This document shows, piece by piece, positions 63,748-64,000 of a stretch of DNA of 64,000 nucleotides. Position 1 is the first letter of the stretch. Each line of letters begins with the position of its first letter. The position numbers and the translations under genes were made by a program. This DNA is from Azolla caroliniana (Eukaryota > Plantae > Polypodiophyta). The notes beneath the pieces were generated by a model. That model saw nothing but the letters and a program-made list of their open reading frames with translations. It was not told the DNA's origin and ran no database searches. The DNA lies in assembly GCA_043228905.1 (NCBI GenBank), contig JBHGNT010000005.1, positions 20,274,001 to 20,338,000 of the forward strand, in the 5' to 3' direction.

Positions 63748-64000
63748 AGGTATTCCATCTTTATCTTCCAGTTTGGATAGTTCTTAGAGTTTAGAACTAT
63801 CATGCTTGGGAAGCCGTTCACACCTCCTTCCATCTTCAACCTTGCTCTGATACCAAGTTTGTTGTGAATTGAATCATCAATCCACAGAAAAAAAAAGATG
63901 TTCAGATACACATATCTTGCGGAAATAAAAAAAATAGCACTGCAGAAAAAATACACACTACACAACGTTTTTACGTGGAAACTCTAAACGGGGAAAAACC
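63748..64000 (-). mobile_element. 5' end of copia J: gag start (ATG 63833), PBS and part of the 5' LTR (from 63860, runs off the window)
   Basis: PBS TGGTATCAGAGC at 63855-63844; MEGGVNGFPSMIVLNSKNYPNWKIKMEYLL. Confidence 0.9.

Overview
Eukaryotic plant genomic DNA, probably from a non-seed plant such as a fern (inferred from the Tcn1-like chromoviruses; not proven). Bases 1-2.2 kb hold the 5' part of a spliced tandem CCCH zinc-finger gene on the minus strand, with a G-box/ABRE-rich promoter. Bases ~2.4-9.4 kb are AT-rich intergenic DNA with tandem repeats and an old gypsy integrase relic. Bases ~9.4-64 kb are a deeply nested retroelement block that I resolved by LTR termini and 5-bp TSDs. 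It contains several Ty1/copia elements (labelled B, B', C, D, E, F, J, K), four solo LTRs, two chromodomain gypsy elements (G, nearly intact; H, decayed), a 2-kb non-autonomous LTR element (I), and a full-length L1/Tx1-like LINE sitting in a (CT)n tract. The most notable signal is in G, H and I. All three lack a tRNA primer-binding site. Instead, the sequence just after the 5' LTR is complementary to the predicted first 11-12 nt of the element's own transcript, and the pairing co-varies between families. This indicates Tf1-type self-primed reverse transcription, including in a non-coding parasite element. Other signals: a -1 frameshift cassette, a capsid-domain swap between copia families, conserved hairpins around the LTR TATA boxes, and a local inversion.
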